63,568 nucleotides of DNA, filler included, from Octopus bimaculoides (GCF_001194135.2; 11 parts of 9 records of this genome joined end to end with filler, not necessarily neighbours in it); one strand, 5' to 3'. Counted from the first letter of the whole stretch, positions 12,958-23,349 are shown. The notes: generated by a model not told the origin, from the letters alone. Made by a program: numbers and translations.

Positions 12958-13145
12958 ATCAGATGTTGTACATCACTGGTCACAATGCACTTCCTCACAT
13001 TGTTGCAGCCTTCAAATGAAGCCACCCCCATTGGCCAGGCAAGGGAGGCCAACATTTCCCATGACAGGAACACAAGGCCATTGCAGGGTGACCCATTTAC
13101 AGTTAAGTGGATTGGAGCAACATGAAGCAGTTTGCTCAGGAACAC
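12958..13145 (-). mobile_element. SINE fragment (family D, decayed)
   Basis: Minus strand has CATGTTGCTCCAATCCACTTAACTGTAAATGGGTCACC (a SINE core-like segment) and a 3' GTGACCAGTGATGTACAACATCTGATAG tail. Confidence 0.55.
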
Positions 13146-13972
13146 AGACACACACACACACAAACAAGATATAAGCATATACACACAACATATCTATGTA
13201 TACATGCACACACACACACATGGATACACACCAATTTCAAATCTTCAATTCAGTTTTTAACCCAAACCTAAATACTAGAGGTGGTGGGCAGATAAAGGCA
13301 GAAGGGAGAATTATAAAATTAGAAACTGAAATTGAAATCCAAACTCGAAGCCATAAAAAAGATTAACATTTTTTCTTTAGGGCTTCAACCTGTAAGAATG
13401 GAGCTGTACTTGCCAGCCTGTCGGAGCCCCTCAAGATTGAAGAGAGGGAAAAATTGCAACAAAGGAATGCAAGGAAAATATATGCAGGGAGAGAATTCAA
13501 GAAGGCCTATATGTTTGGGGGAAGAAGGACTGGGCATAGTAATAAGAAATTCTAGGGAGAGCTGAACTGCAGAGGGTTTTCAGAAAAGCCGTACCTCATG
13601 CAAGGGCTTCAGCCCTTGACTCTAAGGGAACTTGGCCACATCCAGGTCACGACTATTGGATATCTCCATTGCCACACTCTGTGCTATTGTCTGCATTGCA
13701 ACCCTCTTGGATGGTTGAGGTACCCCAAAGTCAAGGTAACACGGTGTTTTTAATCTTTTACTTGTTTCAGGCATTTGACCGCGACTAGGCTGAAGTATCG
13801 GCTGAGAGAGGTTCTTTCAGCCAAAGCAATTGACCCCAGGACTCATTTGTTGTAAGTTTAGTACTTATCCTATCAGTCTCTTCTGCTAAACTGCAAAGTT
13901 ACAGGGACATAAACACACCAACATGGGTTGTCAAGTGATGGTGGAGGGACAAACACAGACACAAACACACAA

Positions 13973-14023
<51 letters not shown>

Positions 14024-14025
<2 letters not shown>

Positions 14026-14253
14026 GGAGTAAACACAAGAAATGTGCAACAAGGTGGAAAAAAGAGTACTCAAATACCAGAGGTAGAGGAATATGCTTTA
14101 TTTAAAAGCAGCAGAAATATAACAAAAAAAACTGTTACTCTGAGTTTCACGTTCCCGTTCATCGGACAAACAAAACTGTCCGATGAACGGGAACGGGAAA
14201 CTTAGAGTAACGGTTTTTTTGTTATATTTCTGCTGCTTTTAAATAAAGTATAT
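14024..14253 (+). mobile_element. Non-autonomous ~230-bp hairpin element with back-to-back hammerhead motifs (copy A; probably Penelope-derived)
   Basis: ~70-bp unique arm, then inverted repeat 14096-14168 / 14177-14248 (3 substitutions, 1 indel, 8-nt loop). Flanked by (TA)n. A second copy lies at 37641-37850. Confidence 0.85.
14172..14217 (+). ncRNA. Minimal type I hammerhead ribozyme motif (U4C core variant)
   Basis: aaaactgt-CCGATGA-acg(ggaa)cgg-GAAA-c-ttaga-gt-A|acggtttt. Stem I is AAAACTGT/ACGGTTTT and the predicted cut is after A14209. Stem II has one mismatch in this arm. Confidence 0.7.
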
Positions 14254-14346
14254 ATATATATATATATATGACACAAAGAGACACACACAGAAATATATAT
14301 ATGCGATGGTAGAGGGACAAACAGAGACACAAACAAACAAATATAT

Positions 14347-14397
14347 ACATCATCATCATTGTTTAACATCTGCTTTCCATGCTAGCATGGGTTGGCC
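14347..14397 (-). mobile_element. RTE LINE extreme 3' end with (GAT)n tail
   Basis: CATCATCATCATTGTTTAACATCTGCTTTCCATGCTAGCATGGGTTGG matches the start of the RTE tail at 15867. Confidence 0.8.
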
Positions 14398-14406
14398 AAA
14401 ATATTT

Positions 14407-14478
14407 GGGCTCGTCCGGGAATTGAACCCGGGACCTCTCGCACCCAAATCAAGAATCATACCCCTAGACCAACGAATA
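14407..14478 (-). pseudogene. tRNA-Pro: tRNA-Pro(TGG) pseudogene
   Basis: Minus strand TCGTTGGTCTAGGGGTATGATTCTTGATTTGGGTGCGAGAGGTCCCGGGTTCAATTCCCGGACGAGCCC closely follows canonical eukaryotic tRNA-Pro. It lacks the 5' GGC and has two anticodon-stem mismatches. Confidence 0.9.
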
Positions 14479-15220
14479 TATATATATATAACAGGCTTCT
14501 TTCAGTTTCCGTCTACCAAATCCACTCGGAAGGCTTTGGTTAGCCTGAGGCTATAGCAGAAGACACTTGAACCTCATACCAATTAATGGAGTGGCCTTTA
14601 TTTCTGTATAGTCTAGGGTCATCTGTGTGTGTATGTGTGTAGCAGTAACACCATCAAAGATGTGAGGATGGCACCGGTTATCAATTGAATTCCAACACAA
14701 GTTCAAACGTCAGTTTTGAGGATGTGTATGCATCCCAGAAAGAAATGTGGGGCTTGATATTTACATAACTGTCCTTATGCCTGTGTTGAAGAATTCTTCA
14801 TCGCCTTCCAGCTACACCCACCTAAACCTGCACAATGCGAGGAGAACCGTGTGTGTCCACAACAGCAAGACACCTGTGCTTGTCCCGCTATCATATTCTG
14901 GCCTTCAACACTCGGCACGAATCTAACTCACACTCCATTGAAGTTGAGTGGCCTTTTCCTTTCCTTTACTTTGTCTTACGTGTCACTTGCTGACCTGAAT
15001 TGGACGAGAGTCGCAGAAAAAGCAACCAGTACACATGCGCATACAGTAAAGTGGTTAGCATTAGAAAGGGCACTAAGATGCCCTTTGGACCCAGACCACA
15101 TTCCTAGCACATATACACACACACAGCACTCACCACCACAAATATTGACCACCTTTCTGCAGCAAATTCAAAATAATTGTATCTTGCTTATGAAACTTGA
15201 CCTAATTGACCCACTATTTT

Positions 15221-15534
15221 GGTAGGAGTGGCTGTGTGGTAAGTAACTTGCTTACCAACCACATGGTTCCAGGTTCATTCCCACTGCGTGGTACCTTGGG
15301 CAAGTGTCTTCTACTATAGCCTCGGGCCGACCAAAGCCTTGCGAGTGGATTTGGTAGACGGAAGCTGAAAGCAGCCCATCGTGTATATATGTATATATAT
15401 ATATATGTATGTGTGTGTGTCTGTGCCCCCCCCCCCAACATCGCTTGACAACCGATGCTGGTGTGTTTACGTTCCCGTAACTTAGAAAATGCTGCAGCAT
15501 GGCCGTAGTCAAAATGGCTGAAACAAAGTAAAAG
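15221..15534 (+). mobile_element. tRNA-derived SINE, family A, near full length
   Basis: A-box-like TGGCTGTGTGGTAAG and B-box-like GGTTCATTCCC, body ACCTTGGGCAAGTGTCTTCTACTATAGCCTCGGGCCGACC, internal TA/TG microsatellite and 3' half. Confidence 0.88.
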
Positions 15535-15866
15535 TGTATCTTGCAGCCTCAAGATTTCAATGGTGGGTTTTGTATATTTTTAGAATGACATTGTAGGGTT
15601 GGTGTGAGAGGTTGGATCTGGTAGGCTGTAACATAAAACAGAAGGTAGAATATTTGGGGTGGACATGGCTGGATTAAATGCTGAAGGGCTACATGATGAT
15701 GATGATGTCTACGCAGGAATGGCTACACTTTGCAATGACATAGTTTCATGTTCTATCCCACAGCTAGGCACTTTGACAAGGTGTCTTCCACTATAGAACC
15801 AGGACCACCATTGATAACTGTGACGAAGCCTGTTGCATGTGTGTGTGTGTGTATGTGTGATCTTTA

Positions 15867-16055
15867 TCATCATCATCATCATCATCGTTTAACGTCCGCT
15901 TTCCATGCTAGCATGGGTTGGACGATTTTGACTGAGGACTGGTGAAACCAGATGGCAACACCAGGCTCCAATCTGATTTGGCAGAGTTTCTACAGCTGGA
16001 TGCCCTTCCTAACACCAACCACTCAGAGAGTGTAGTGGGTGCTTTTACGTGCACC
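15867..16055 (-). mobile_element. RTE LINE 3' UTR with (GAT)n tail
   Basis: (CAT)n-CGTTTAACGTCCGCTTTCCATGCTAGCATGGGTTGGACG...CAGCTGGATGCCCTTCCTAAC; several partial copies occur in the window. Confidence 0.8.
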
Positions 16056-16419
16056 CAACTCTGGAACAACTAAAATAGGTTATAAGGAAAACAATTGTGT
16101 GTGTGGANNNNNNNNNNNNNNNNNNNNNNNNNNNNNGGGGGGGGGGGTTATCGTCGATGTCACTGTCATCATGACAGCTCCTAGAGAAACGGAAACTGTG
16201 GGGAAACTTGTTGTATATATCTGAGAGAGAGAGAGAGAGTGTGTGTGTGTAAGTGTGTCTCCTTTAGCAAAAAGAAGTGGAAAATGAATTTCGAAAATGA
16301 AACAGATTTTGTTTCTTCAGCAATCAGGGAGATGAAGGATTAATTGGGGGGAAGGGCACGAAGTGAGAGATCAGAGTGTTAACCCACTAACTGTGAGTTT
16401 TCCATGTACAGGGGTACTC

Positions 16420-16750
16420 TTGATGAATTTAGTGTAAAGATAGGTGTTCACCAAGGCTCAGTTGTCAGCTACCTTCTATTCATCACTGTCCTGCAGGCTA
16501 TATAACAGGGGAATTTTAAGACTGGAAGCCCATAGGAATTATTATACACTGACTATCTTGCCTTCATAGCAGAATCTGTAACAGAACTAGAAAAGAAACT
16601 TCAGGCATGGAAACAAAACCTAGGCAAGAAATCGGACAGGACCCTACCAGCTTCAGGTAAACGGCCCTGCTCCACATGCAGGACAGGCATAGGGAGAAAT
16701 TCCATTCAGTGTAACCAGTGTAAGCTATGGACACACAAGAGGTGCAGTTG
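16420..16750 (+). mobile_element. RTE-clade reverse transcriptase fragment (decayed, internally deleted)
   Basis: DEFSVKIGVHQGSVVSYLLFITVLQAI...ELLYTDYL (degenerate YADD)...WKQNL, then CSTCRTGIGRNSIQCNQCKLWTHKRC. Confidence 0.85.
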
Positions 16751-17358
16751 TCTTGGGGAAATTTCGAACTTGGGTTCTCATTCCTAAGGCATTTTTTTAT
16801 GTTATTATTATTATTATTCAGGTCACTGCCTGGAATCGAACTCGAAATCACACAAACGTAGGCATGCACATATATACAAATATATATATACACACATATA
16901 TGCATATGCACGCACATACGTAATCCACCGAGAAGATACTGGTCACCTAGAGACTATTACAGGACCACTGCAGAAGATGCTTGTCTCGGGGGGGAGGGTA
17001 TAATGCAGTGAGATTGAACCCTAGAACCACATGTCTCCAACAGCGAATACAGAGAATCGCTTAAATCAACTGCGATGTTTCTCGGGGGTCCCTCGTCTTT
17101 CTGTGACAGCTCTGTTCCGACAATCGCAGCCAAAACGGGAGAACCGCGACGATTTGCGCTATCGAGTTACCTCCCTTGAGGTTATCGGTTCAACCCCACC
17201 CCCCCGTTTCGATCGATAATGTACACTGGTAACGAATTGCGGGTGATCTTTTTATTTTNNNNNNNNNNNNNNNNNNNNNNNNNNNNNNNNNNNNNNNNNN
17301 NNTTAATTAATTAANNNNNNNNNNNNNNNNNNNNNNNNNNNNNNNNNNNNNNNNNNNN

Positions 17359-17439
<81 letters not shown>

Positions 17440-17763
17440 CGTGTATGTATCGTCTTAGGCGTCGTCACCATAGCGTAAAAAGTCAGAACAAATATCGCAG
17501 TGAACAAAATCTGACTCCCTAGCAATTTCGCTAATCCAACACCCTGGACAGTTAAAGAGGATATTCAGTTGCTAATGAAAGCCTCAGCTATTTAACCTAT
17601 TAGTGTATTTGTGTAAATCTTTGAAAATGGGGCTTTTTCTACTAAATATTCGATGTTCGGTTCAATTTCGCAGAGCTTTATTTGTATGTCACTCGTTTTT
17701 GCATGCCTTGTATCTATTTTAATATTCAGTACTTTATTCACTGAGCTAGTTTCAACTATACTA

Positions 17764-18701
17764 TGAAATGGTGAAGAACTGTGGGGTTGAGGTGAACTGG
17801 AAGGAAAGGGCAGTGACGTCAACTGCCAAGGGGCATCACTGGAAGAGGAGCAGGTATATATTGCTGTATATATTGTTTTGTTTGCGAACTCTTTTGCAAA
17901 TGCCAAATATCACTTACAACGGGTGGGTTTCCTTATTGGATGAATATACTCAGAACTCTAGAAAATCTTGAAGACATAACTGGGCAATGTTGAGATGGCT
18001 AACACAAAAGTCAAATAAAAACACTGTAGATCAGTAACTTGAGGAACAGTTTAGAAAAAACATGCAGTACTATTTCGAAGTACTAAAAAGAGTTGTAGCA
18101 GTTATAAAGTTTTTAAGTGAAAGAGGTTTAGCATTTAGGGGTCATGAGGAAAAGTGGGGCTAGGGTTAGGGAAATTTCATGGGGTCTTTGAATTTATTGC
18201 AGAGTTTGATCCATTTTTACATAAACATTTAGAGAAATGTAAAAATGAAGAAGTAAATATTACCTATCCAAATCCGTGTATAAAGAATTGATAGAAATTA
18301 TGGGAAAACATGTGAAAGATGAAGTGGTGAATCAGATCAACAACCTAGATACCAAATACTGCTCAACTATTGTTGGCTACACCTGACATGACACATGTTG
18401 GACAACTGGTAATTGTGGTTCGATTTTATAATGAAAAGCCCTGTGAGAGATCTTTAGCAGTTTTGCCAAAAGAAAACCATTCATCCACGCCCTTGTTCAA
18501 TATAATGACACAATTTCTGGGGAGTATAAGATTTTACTTGAAAATATTCAACATGAAGGGCTCGGTGAAAGGGCTGTAAGCACTTCTTAGCAACGTTAAC
18601 AGATATGCAGACTATGTACCATGTGCAAGCCATTCACTCAACATTATTGATGAAAACAACATTTTAAGTGTCAGGACTCCAATATTGTAGATCCGCCACT
18701 G
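17764..18701 (+). mobile_element. hAT-superfamily transposase fragment (ZMYM1/DUF4371-like) with putative 3' TIR
   Basis: Across frameshifts: VLKRVVAVIKFLSERGLAFRGH, GNFMG..FIAEFDPFL, TPDMTHVGQLVIVVRF, YVPCASHSLN (CxxH). It ends in TAGATCCGCCACTG (18688-18701), the reverse complement of a CAGTGGCGGATC-type terminus. Confidence 0.82.
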
Positions 18702-18944
18702 CTTTAACGTAGTTCTCGTGGTGATTCAGCGTGACAGGGCTGGCCTTTTGAAATACAGGTACAACAGAAACAATGAGTGAGAGGAAGTTGTGGTGAAAGA
18801 GCACGGCAGGGTTCGTCACCACCCCCTGCCGGAGCCTTGTGGAGCTTTAGGTGTTTTCGCTCAATAAACACCCAGTCTGAGAATCGAAACCGCGATCCTA
18901 CGACCGCGAGTCCGCTGCCCTAACCACTGGGCTATTGCGCCTCC
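18702..18944 (-). mobile_element. tRNA-derived SINE, family C (3'-truncated)
   Basis: Minus strand begins GGAGGCGCAATAGCCCAGTGGTTAGGGCAGCGGACTCGCGGTCGTAGGATCGCGGTTTCGATTCTC, a tRNA-like head with A and B boxes. Confidence 0.88.
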
Positions 18945-19282
18945 AACAACATGCCTCATAAGAAGAGAGACAAATGAAAGGTGAAAAATAGATCAATTAA
19001 CAGGCAACTGATTAAAATACGAATGTAGATTAATTGTCAATGAAATTATGAATGTGAAAGATGAATGTGTTTATTTTTTAATTGAAATACAAAAACAATA
19101 AAAAAATATTTATTTAATGAGACGAAAACTATNNNNNNNNNNNNNNNNNNNNNNNNNNNNNNNNNNNNNNNNNNNNTTAATTAATTAANNNNNNNNNNNN
19201 NNNNNNNNNNNNNNNNNNNNNNNNNNNNNNNNATATATATATATATACATATATTTATATACATATATACATATACATATAT

Positions 19283-19445
19283 ACGACGGGCTTCTTTCAG
19301 TTTCCGTCTACCAAATCCACTCACAAGGCTTTGGTCGGCCCGAAGCTATAGTAGAAGACACTTGCCCAAGGTGCCACGCAGTGGGACTGAACCCGGAACC
19401 ATGTGGTTGGTAAGCAAGCTACTTACCACACAGCCACTCCTGCGG
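19283..19445 (-). mobile_element. tRNA-derived SINE, family A, 5' half
   Basis: Near-identical reverse complement of 15221-15380. Confidence 0.9.
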
Positions 19446-20108
19446 CTATGTACAACTACTAAGTTCTGTAGAATTACTAAGAAATTAGTTGGTTGGTACG
19501 GCTATTATCTACAACTAACAAATATACGGACTGAGTATGTAGAAATTTTAGTGTACAATGGAAGTTTCTGAAGTCGGCGTAGGTAGACTTCGGCTTCCGT
19601 GAAGCCTAATGACAGGCAGCAATCCTCCATGAAAAGTTAAATATAAAATCATATATATATATTGACCCAACTACAATCCCATCCACAATAAAGACCTGTG
19701 GTTACATACTTAAAATATAAGGACCAGCTCATCGTTTGTAATCGATGTTACATCAGCTGCGCGATTCGGCCACAATATATCCGACTCAAAAAGCGTCTCA
19801 GTATGCATTCATCGTCTTTCAAAGTACATTCTCAGGAAAACGAGCAAAAGTCACACATTATTTTGTCGGTACCCTGAGGATTAATGTACAAGCAAAAGCC
19901 AACAATCATCAACTGGTTTAAATTGAATGAGTGTCAATGAACACTCGAGATAGTATGACTCATGATACTTTCCTCCTCATATACCTGTCACGGCCATTTT
20001 GAAATTTGATCCTCGAACTCAATTTACAGTCCAAAAGTTGTTCTTTCTTAAACACTTGATAATCATAATATCATACTCAAAGATACAAGTCAACAAAATG
20101 ACACTTAA

Positions 20109-20169
<61 letters not shown>

Positions 20170-20532
20170 TTATCTCACTTCATCCCTCTTAATCCCTCAC
20201 TCTCACTTTCTTTGTCTTCAAAGTTTTTGGAAAGAAGTTTTTTACTCGAAATATCAGTGCTAATGAATTATTTCTAAGGTAGTTTTTATAATTAACATTC
20301 TACTTGCATCCCTATAGTCTTATACAGTACAACGATCATTCATTTATGTGTTTGTGTATGTGTGTGTGTGTGTGTGTATTTGTGTGTGTGTGTGTATCTG
20401 TGTGTGTGTGTGTGTGTGCGTGTGTGTGTGTATGTGTTTATTTGATAAAGATATTTAAATGTTACCTCATATATAATTAATTCTAATATTTCGAGTTAAA
20501 TGCTCTTTTTCAAAAGCTTTAAAGAACGAGAG

Positions 20533-20694
20533 CTTTGGCCTGCTGGATCATGTTGGCCTGCCGGATCATGTTGGCCTGCCGGATCATGTTGGCCTGCCGG
20601 ATCATGTTGGCCTGCCGGATCATGTTGGCCTGCCGGATCATGTTGGCCTGCCGGATCATGTTGGCCTGCCGGATCATGTTGGCCTGCCGGATCA
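20533..20694. repeat. 18-bp GC-rich minisatellite, 9 copies (TGTTGGCCTGCCGGATCA)
   Basis: Eight identical units plus one divergent first unit. Confidence 0.95.
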
Positions 20695-20814
20695 TTGTGT
20701 GTGAAACTAGAAATACCACATATTTATGTAGGGGCGGGTACCTGAGCATATGTATGTATATGTGAGTATACTAATGAATTAAGTTTTGATCTTAATATAA
20801 GTGATATATAACAT

Positions 20815-20930
20815 AATCACTGGACTTAATCCCTCACCCCTAGTGGAACTTCGGAATGTCCAGTCTGTTACAGGCCTTCAAGCAAGCTCTTGGGTCCAAG
20901 GATAAGTTCCTACTTCATCCTCCACCAATC
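20815..20930 (+). mobile_element. CR1-like LINE 3' end, decayed
   Basis: ELRNVQSVTGLQAS...DKFLLHPPP resembles the CR1 C-terminal LP.ELRN...LDKFL motif. Confidence 0.35.
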
Positions 20931-21090
20931 ATTACGATCCTGAAATAATTGATCTAAGCTGCCATTTTGCCTTTGACTACATGATTAGAAAACTCGGGAT
21001 ACAATAAAGAACAAATAAGTCATCTCTATCATCCTTCTTTCATATTTCTCCACCTACGCACACACACACACTCACACACTTACACACACA

Positions 21091-22261
21091 CACTCACTTG
21101 ACAGAAGTAAATAGACACAACTTGTAAAGGTTTATATTTTTTGTATGTTTCAGGTTCTATATGCGACTGTTTAATCATGTCATGTGCAAAAGAAGCCTTG
21201 GAACTGTCTGAATTTTAAAGGGGCCGTATTGTGTGCCATTCTGAAGGTAGACATAGCGTAAAATCGCAGAAAACCTAGGGATCCCGCTTTCTACAGTTAA
21301 TAGAGTGATCTTGCAATTCACCAGAGAGGGTAAGGAGCCCACATTACCTCGCCTAGATCAACCAGGGCCCTCTGACAAGATACTTCTTTTTGCTACGAGA
21401 AGTGTGGAGAATAATCTTAATTGCAAGGCCTCTGACATAGCAAAACAAGTTGATGACAGTCTCAGAACAGTTGTCAGGTATCTCCACAAACATGGTTACT
21501 ATGGCAGAGCAGCAAGCTGGAAGCCACTTCTTCGGCAAGCCAACATCAAGCTGAGAAAAGATTGAGCCAATGAAATGGTGGAGATGACACTAACATTTTG
21601 GGACACTGTCATATTCTCTGGTGTGTCCAGATTTGCTGTATTTCCTGACAGTGTGGATCTGAAGACTATGTGATCAAGAATTTGATGTGAAAAAATTGCA
21701 GCCAACAATGAAACACGGCAGATATTCTGTGATGGTCTGGGGAGCAATTTGGAACAATGGTTGATCAGAACTGGTGGAGAGTGAGAGCAACATAAACTCA
21801 GATAATATGTGCCCCATATTGCAGAAAGAACTCCTTCCAATCTTCTCCAGTGGTGAAATTATTAAAGACTATTTATGGAAGATGGGACTACTTGTCACAC
21901 GGCTAAAATGACCCAAGATTTGTTGGATGAGAATGGCATTAAAAAGCTTCCATGTTCAAACCAGTCACCAGATATGGACCCTATTGAACACCTCTGGGAC
22001 ATAATGGACTGGAAACTTCATAAAAAAGAAAAAGAAAACATCTTTAAAGCCAGATCTTTTGAGATTACTGCATGAAACTTGGCAAGAAAGTCCGCAAGAA
22101 AATATTCGTCATCTGATCCTTGCATTGAAATATGCAAAGGGCATGTCTACTAAATATTAAATAATCACATTATAACAATAAATAAATAATTTGAATATAT
22201 AATTTTAGATTTAAATAAATTTTATGATTATAAGGGTGTCTATTTACTTCTCTCATGTGTG
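21091..22261 (+). mobile_element. Tc1-family DNA transposon, near full length, transposase pseudogene
   Basis: TIRs CACTCACTTGACAGAAGTAAATAGACAC (21091-21118) and GTGTCTATTTACTTCTCTCATGTGTG (22236-22261). ATG at 21177. Motifs IFSGVSRF, VMVWGAI, MEDGTTCHTA and QSPDMDPIEHLW; multiple stops. Confidence 0.92.
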
Positions 22262-22671
22262 CATGTATATGTGAGGTGTGTGTGTGTGTGTATGCGTCGG
22301 TGTCTCTCTTTGCACCACGCGGTTTGCTTCTTCAATCTCCTTCATTTTCTTCAATTCTTTGTGATGTTTTCCTTCGCCCAAAACACATATATAAGTGTGT
22401 ATGTGAACACACACACGCACACTCACATATATATATATAAGTATATACACGCACACACACACATAGATATGTGTGTGTGTATTTATTTGTACACATATAT
22501 TCAGGCACACACATATACGTGGGTGTACACACACACATACACACACACATATTGCTCTAAGGTTTGTCTCTATAAGTTTCCTATAGAATCCAGAGCCAGC
22601 AATACAAATTATGACGTTTCGTAAACGAATATATCTATGCAAACAATGTGATCGAAGATAGAAAAAACAGT

Positions 22672-22720
22672 GGGTGTATATGCACATTTCAAGAGTTATT
22701 GCTCTGTCATCAGCGCCACA
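22672..22720 (-). ncRNA. Degenerate minimal hammerhead-like motif (PLE-type terminus)
   Basis: Minus strand CTGATGA-c-agag(caataa)ctct-t-GAAA-tgtgca-t-A|tacacc. Stem III ATGTGCAT is one CpG decay from the palindrome ATGCGCAT. Stem I is poor. Confidence 0.45.
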
Positions 22721-23014
22721 TCCAACCCATCAATTATCTACGATCACGGTGCTTAAATTTTCGTTAAACTCAACGGCGTAACAATCTGATACACCAATTT
22801 ACATTGTAAGCACATTATTGGCAATTGGTACGTACATATTTATTGCTGGCAAGAACTCAGTATTTCATTTTGGAAGCATAATACACAGTCTAGTATATTA
22901 AAGTTTTACAAGTTAATATTATTTCTTATCACGTGTTAACAGCGCAATACTCTCTCTTTTAAATTGTCTCAAAAGATTTCCTACATACACGTAGATAAAG
23001 CGACAGCTAGCTAA

Positions 23015-23165
23015 CTAGCTGGATGGATGGATGGATGGATGGATGGATGGATGGATGGATGGATGGATGGATGGATGGATGGATGGACGGGTAGACGGAC
23101 GGACGGACGAACGGACGGACGGACGGATGGATGGATGGATAGATAGATAGATAGATAGATAGATA
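23015..23165. repeat. Compound tetranucleotide microsatellite (GGAT)n(GGAC)n(GGAT)n(AGAT)n
   Basis: Read directly from the sequence. Confidence 0.9.
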
Positions 23166-23206
23166 TGTGTGCATGCATATGTTTGTAAATATGTATTTAT
23201 AGAAGC

Positions 23207-23254
<48 letters not shown>

Positions 23255-23306
23255 NNNNNNNNNNNNNNNNNNNNNNNNNNNNNNNNNNNNNNNNNNNNNN
23301 NNNNNN

Positions 23307-23349
<43 letters not shown>

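Larger units (their letters stand above)
13745..14575 (-). mobile_element. tRNA-derived SINE, family A, split by insertions into its internal (TA)n tract
   Basis: The 3' half lies at 13745-13980 and the 5'/central half at 14490-14575. Both align with the uninterrupted copy at 15221-15534. Confidence 0.75.

Noticed and set aside
13332-13730. L1/Tx1-like ORF (…GEEGLGIV…)
   Set aside because: Only one weak motif; insufficient to assign.
18655-18952. AACAACAT at 18655 and 18945 as a target-site duplication of the family C SINE
   Set aside because: The interval also contains the putative hAT terminus, and the SINE lacks its 3' end, so a chance match is more likely.
20500-20765. CRISPR-like array or repeat protein (WPAGSC)n
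   Set aside because: The units are contiguous with no spacers, there are no cas genes, and the context is eukaryotic. Frames are open simply because the unit is 18 nt and stop-free.
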